Assembly: GCA_021790715.1 (NCBI GenBank)
Contig: JAJYGK010000038.1
Location: 1 to 50,934 of the forward strand
Reading direction: 5' to 3'
Length of the DNA: 50,934 nucleotides
From: Chloroflexota bacterium
GTDB taxonomy: Bacteria; Chloroflexota; Limnocylindria; Limnocylindrales; CSP1-4
How positions within the stretch are numbered: the first letter of the stretch is position 1; each line of letters opens with the position of its first letter. Of the stretch, positions 49,563 through 50,934 are shown piece by piece. Both the position numbers and the translations under genes were made by a program. Under the pieces are notes generated by a model, which saw nothing but the letters and a program-made list of their open reading frames with translations, had not been told where the DNA came from and searched no databases.

Positions 49563-50934
49563 CTATCCGGCGGAGACGGCGGCGATCCCGCGCATCGTCC
49601 CCACGAGGACGAGCCCGTCCCAGAGCGCCGGCGACGCAAAGTGGGCGACCGGTCCGACCGCGACCTCGCCCCGGGCCGAGCCCGTCGCCGGATCGAGGCG
49701 GTACAGGACCCCGGCGGCCAGGTCGAGGCTCCAGACCGAACCACCCCCGACCACGGGCGGACCGTTCGCGCCCGCAGGTGTCCGCCAGAGGACGCGCATC
49801 GACCCGTCGGCCCCGACGCGCACGGCGCGGAGCGCGTCCGTGCACGGCACGAACACGACGTTCGCCGCGACCGCGGCGGCGCCGAACGCACGGCAGAGCG
49901 GGATCGCCGACACCTGCCCGCCGATCCCGCCCAGCGTCCCCCGGCGCAGCGTGTAGGCGGTCCCGGACTTCCCGTCGATGAAGACGTACGCGCTCCCGAC
50001 GAGTGCCGGTGCGAGGGAGCCGAGGTCGGCGTCGGTCGCGTTGTCCTGTGCCCAGGTGGCCGGCGCGAACCGCGACAGCAGCGTCAGTCGCGGCGAAAGC
50101 TCGAGCACGGAATCCGTCCCGTCGTACGTCGTCGTGGACGCGCCGTTGCCGACCGACACGTAGAGGTTCCCGCCGGCGGCCACGGCCGGGCCCCCGGTCG
50201 CCCAGACCGCGCCCATCCTGGCCGTCGGGACGCGATACGCGATGGTCGCTCCGTGCCCGCTCGTCGGGACCCCGATCACCTCCCCGCGGTACTGCCCGCA
50301 GTCACCGTCGAGCCCGCCGAGCCCGACGTAGACGTAGCCGTTGGCCACCGCCAGGGCCGGCCGCTGCTGGTGCGTCGCCGGGTCGTCGCCGGGAAGATCG
50401 ATGCCGCGCGACCAGCGGACCGCACCGGTGGCGGGATCGAGTGCGAAGAGCACGTGGCGAGGACCCGTCACCTCCGCCACCAGGAACAGCGACCCGGTGA
50501 CGGGATCGTAGGCGGGCGTCCCGGTGATGCCGAGCGGGTCGATGTTGCCGCACGGCAGCGTGGACAGCGGCACCGGGGTCCCGAGGTGGCTGCGCCACCG
50601 GATCGCACCCGACGCGTCGAGTCCGTACACGCTGTCGTTCTCGGTCGCGACGACGATCGTGGCGCCGATCGCCAGGGGCTCGGCGTAGACCGCGCCGTCG
50701 AGACGGGTCGACCACGCCACGTGCAGCGCCCCGGAACCGGCGGCGAACGCGGGGTCGTCGCCGCTGCGCGCGGGGTCGCGGTGGTAGACGGGCCAGTCAC
50801 CGGCGGAGCCACCCGCGGAGGGTGCGCCGGCCGCCCCGGTCGCGGAGGGTGCGGCGGTCGCCCCGGTGGCGCCCGGAGGCCCCGCGGCTCCACCCGGAGA
50901 CGCCGCGCCGGAGACGGTGGCCTGTGGGCTCGCG
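49563..50934 (-). CDS. PQQ-like/BamB-like beta-propeller protein (5' end beyond the window)
   Basis: The track ORF is 49563..50720. The same frame stays open upstream to the window edge (my translation: ...GATGATAAPSATGAAGAPSAGGSAGDWPVYHRDPARSGDDPAF...). This includes the WPxxxxDxxRSG motif that normally opens such propellers, so the true start lies beyond 50934. Confidence 0.75.
   Translation of the reverse strand, partial: ASPQATVSGAASPGGAAGPPGATGATAAPSATGAAGAPSAGGSAGDWPVYHRDPARSGDDPAFAAGSGALHVAWSTRLDGAVYAEPLAIGATIVVATENDSVYGLDASGAIRWRSHLGTPVPLSTLPCGNIDPLGITGTPAYDPVTGSLFLVAEVTGPRHVLFALDPATGAVRWSRGIDLPGDDPATHQQRPALAVANGYVYVGLGGLDGDCGQYRGEVIGVPTSGHGATIAYRVPTARMGAVWATGGPAVAAGGNLYVSVGNGASTTTYDGTDSVLELSPRLTLLSRFAPATWAQDNATDADLGSLAPALVGSAYVFIDGKSGTAYTLRRGTLGGIGGQVSAIPLCRAFGAAAVAANVVFVPCTDALRAVRVGADGSMRVLWRTPAGANGPPVVGGGSVWSLDLAAGVLYRLDPATGSARGEVAVGPVAHFASPALWDGLVLVGTMRGIAAVSAG
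50814..50867. repeat. in-frame 27-nt tandem duplication (25/27 identical) in the low-complexity linker of the propeller gene
   Basis: 50814-50840 matches 50841-50867 at 25 of 27 positions. On the minus strand it encodes TGATAAPSA / TGAAGAPSA. Confidence 0.85.

Noticed and set aside
1-50934. Mobile elements, prophage or genomic-island boundaries.
   Set aside because: I found no transposase, integrase, tRNA attachment site, long terminal inverted repeats or marked compositional shift. The only lower-GC patches are short promoter-like spacers.

Overview
The window is a very high-GC (by eye above 70%), densely coding segment that looks like core chromosome of an actinobacterium. I support 40 protein-coding genes, two of which run off the window ends. 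I found no rRNA, tRNA, CRISPR array, transposase or integrase. All product calls come from reading the translated ORFs against family motifs I remember. No searches were run.

Functional blocks in order:
- 1-4961 (-): a translationally chained Cache/HAMP histidine kinase, a receiver-kinase hybrid and a stand-alone receiver, followed by HdrC/HdrB-like Fe-S proteins.
- 5341-8302 (-): a saccharopine-dehydrogenase-family enzyme and an APC permease.
- 8480-16127: a leucine/isovalerate catabolic cluster (methylcrotonyl-CoA carboxylase beta and alpha, HMG-CoA lyase, acyl-CoA dehydrogenase), interrupted by a VOC protein and a SemiSWEET.
- 16291-20105 (+): a xanthine-dehydrogenase-family molybdoenzyme.
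- 20106-20713: a 608-nt non-coding gap carrying a 13-nt tandem array.
- 20714-25479 (+): an ACS-like ligase, an aldo/keto reductase and small alpha+beta-barrel proteins.
- 25561-29390 (-): a PAS-GAF-PAS-PAS hybrid kinase and a solitary AMMECR1 gene.
- 29681-35273 (+): an AspC-type aminotransferase and an actinobacterial fused E2-E1 2-oxoglutarate dehydrogenase (Kgd/OdhA type).
- 35265-37300 (-): two Gfo/Idh/MocA oxidoreductases.
- 37435-39387 (-): a HipA-fold kinase, a DUF3037 protein and a HAD phosphatase in a probably leaderless operon. This is my best candidate for an undescribed system.
- 39510-43440: a DUF6457-like protein, FdhD and a YdeP-type molybdoenzyme.
- 43686-48074: a membrane protein, an enoate/dienoyl-CoA-reductase-type flavoenzyme and a divergent AraC regulator.
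- 48163-49531 (+): a BNR-like beta-propeller with a MoaD/ThiS-like protein whose Gly-Gly is followed by four more residues.
- 49563-50934 (-): a PQQ-like propeller, 5' partial.

A window-wide pattern is many short perfect tandem duplications. Unit lengths are not multiples of three in intergenic spacers, and are multiples of three in coding linkers. Many very long ORFs in the supplied track are GC-driven shadow or read-through ORFs and are rejected.
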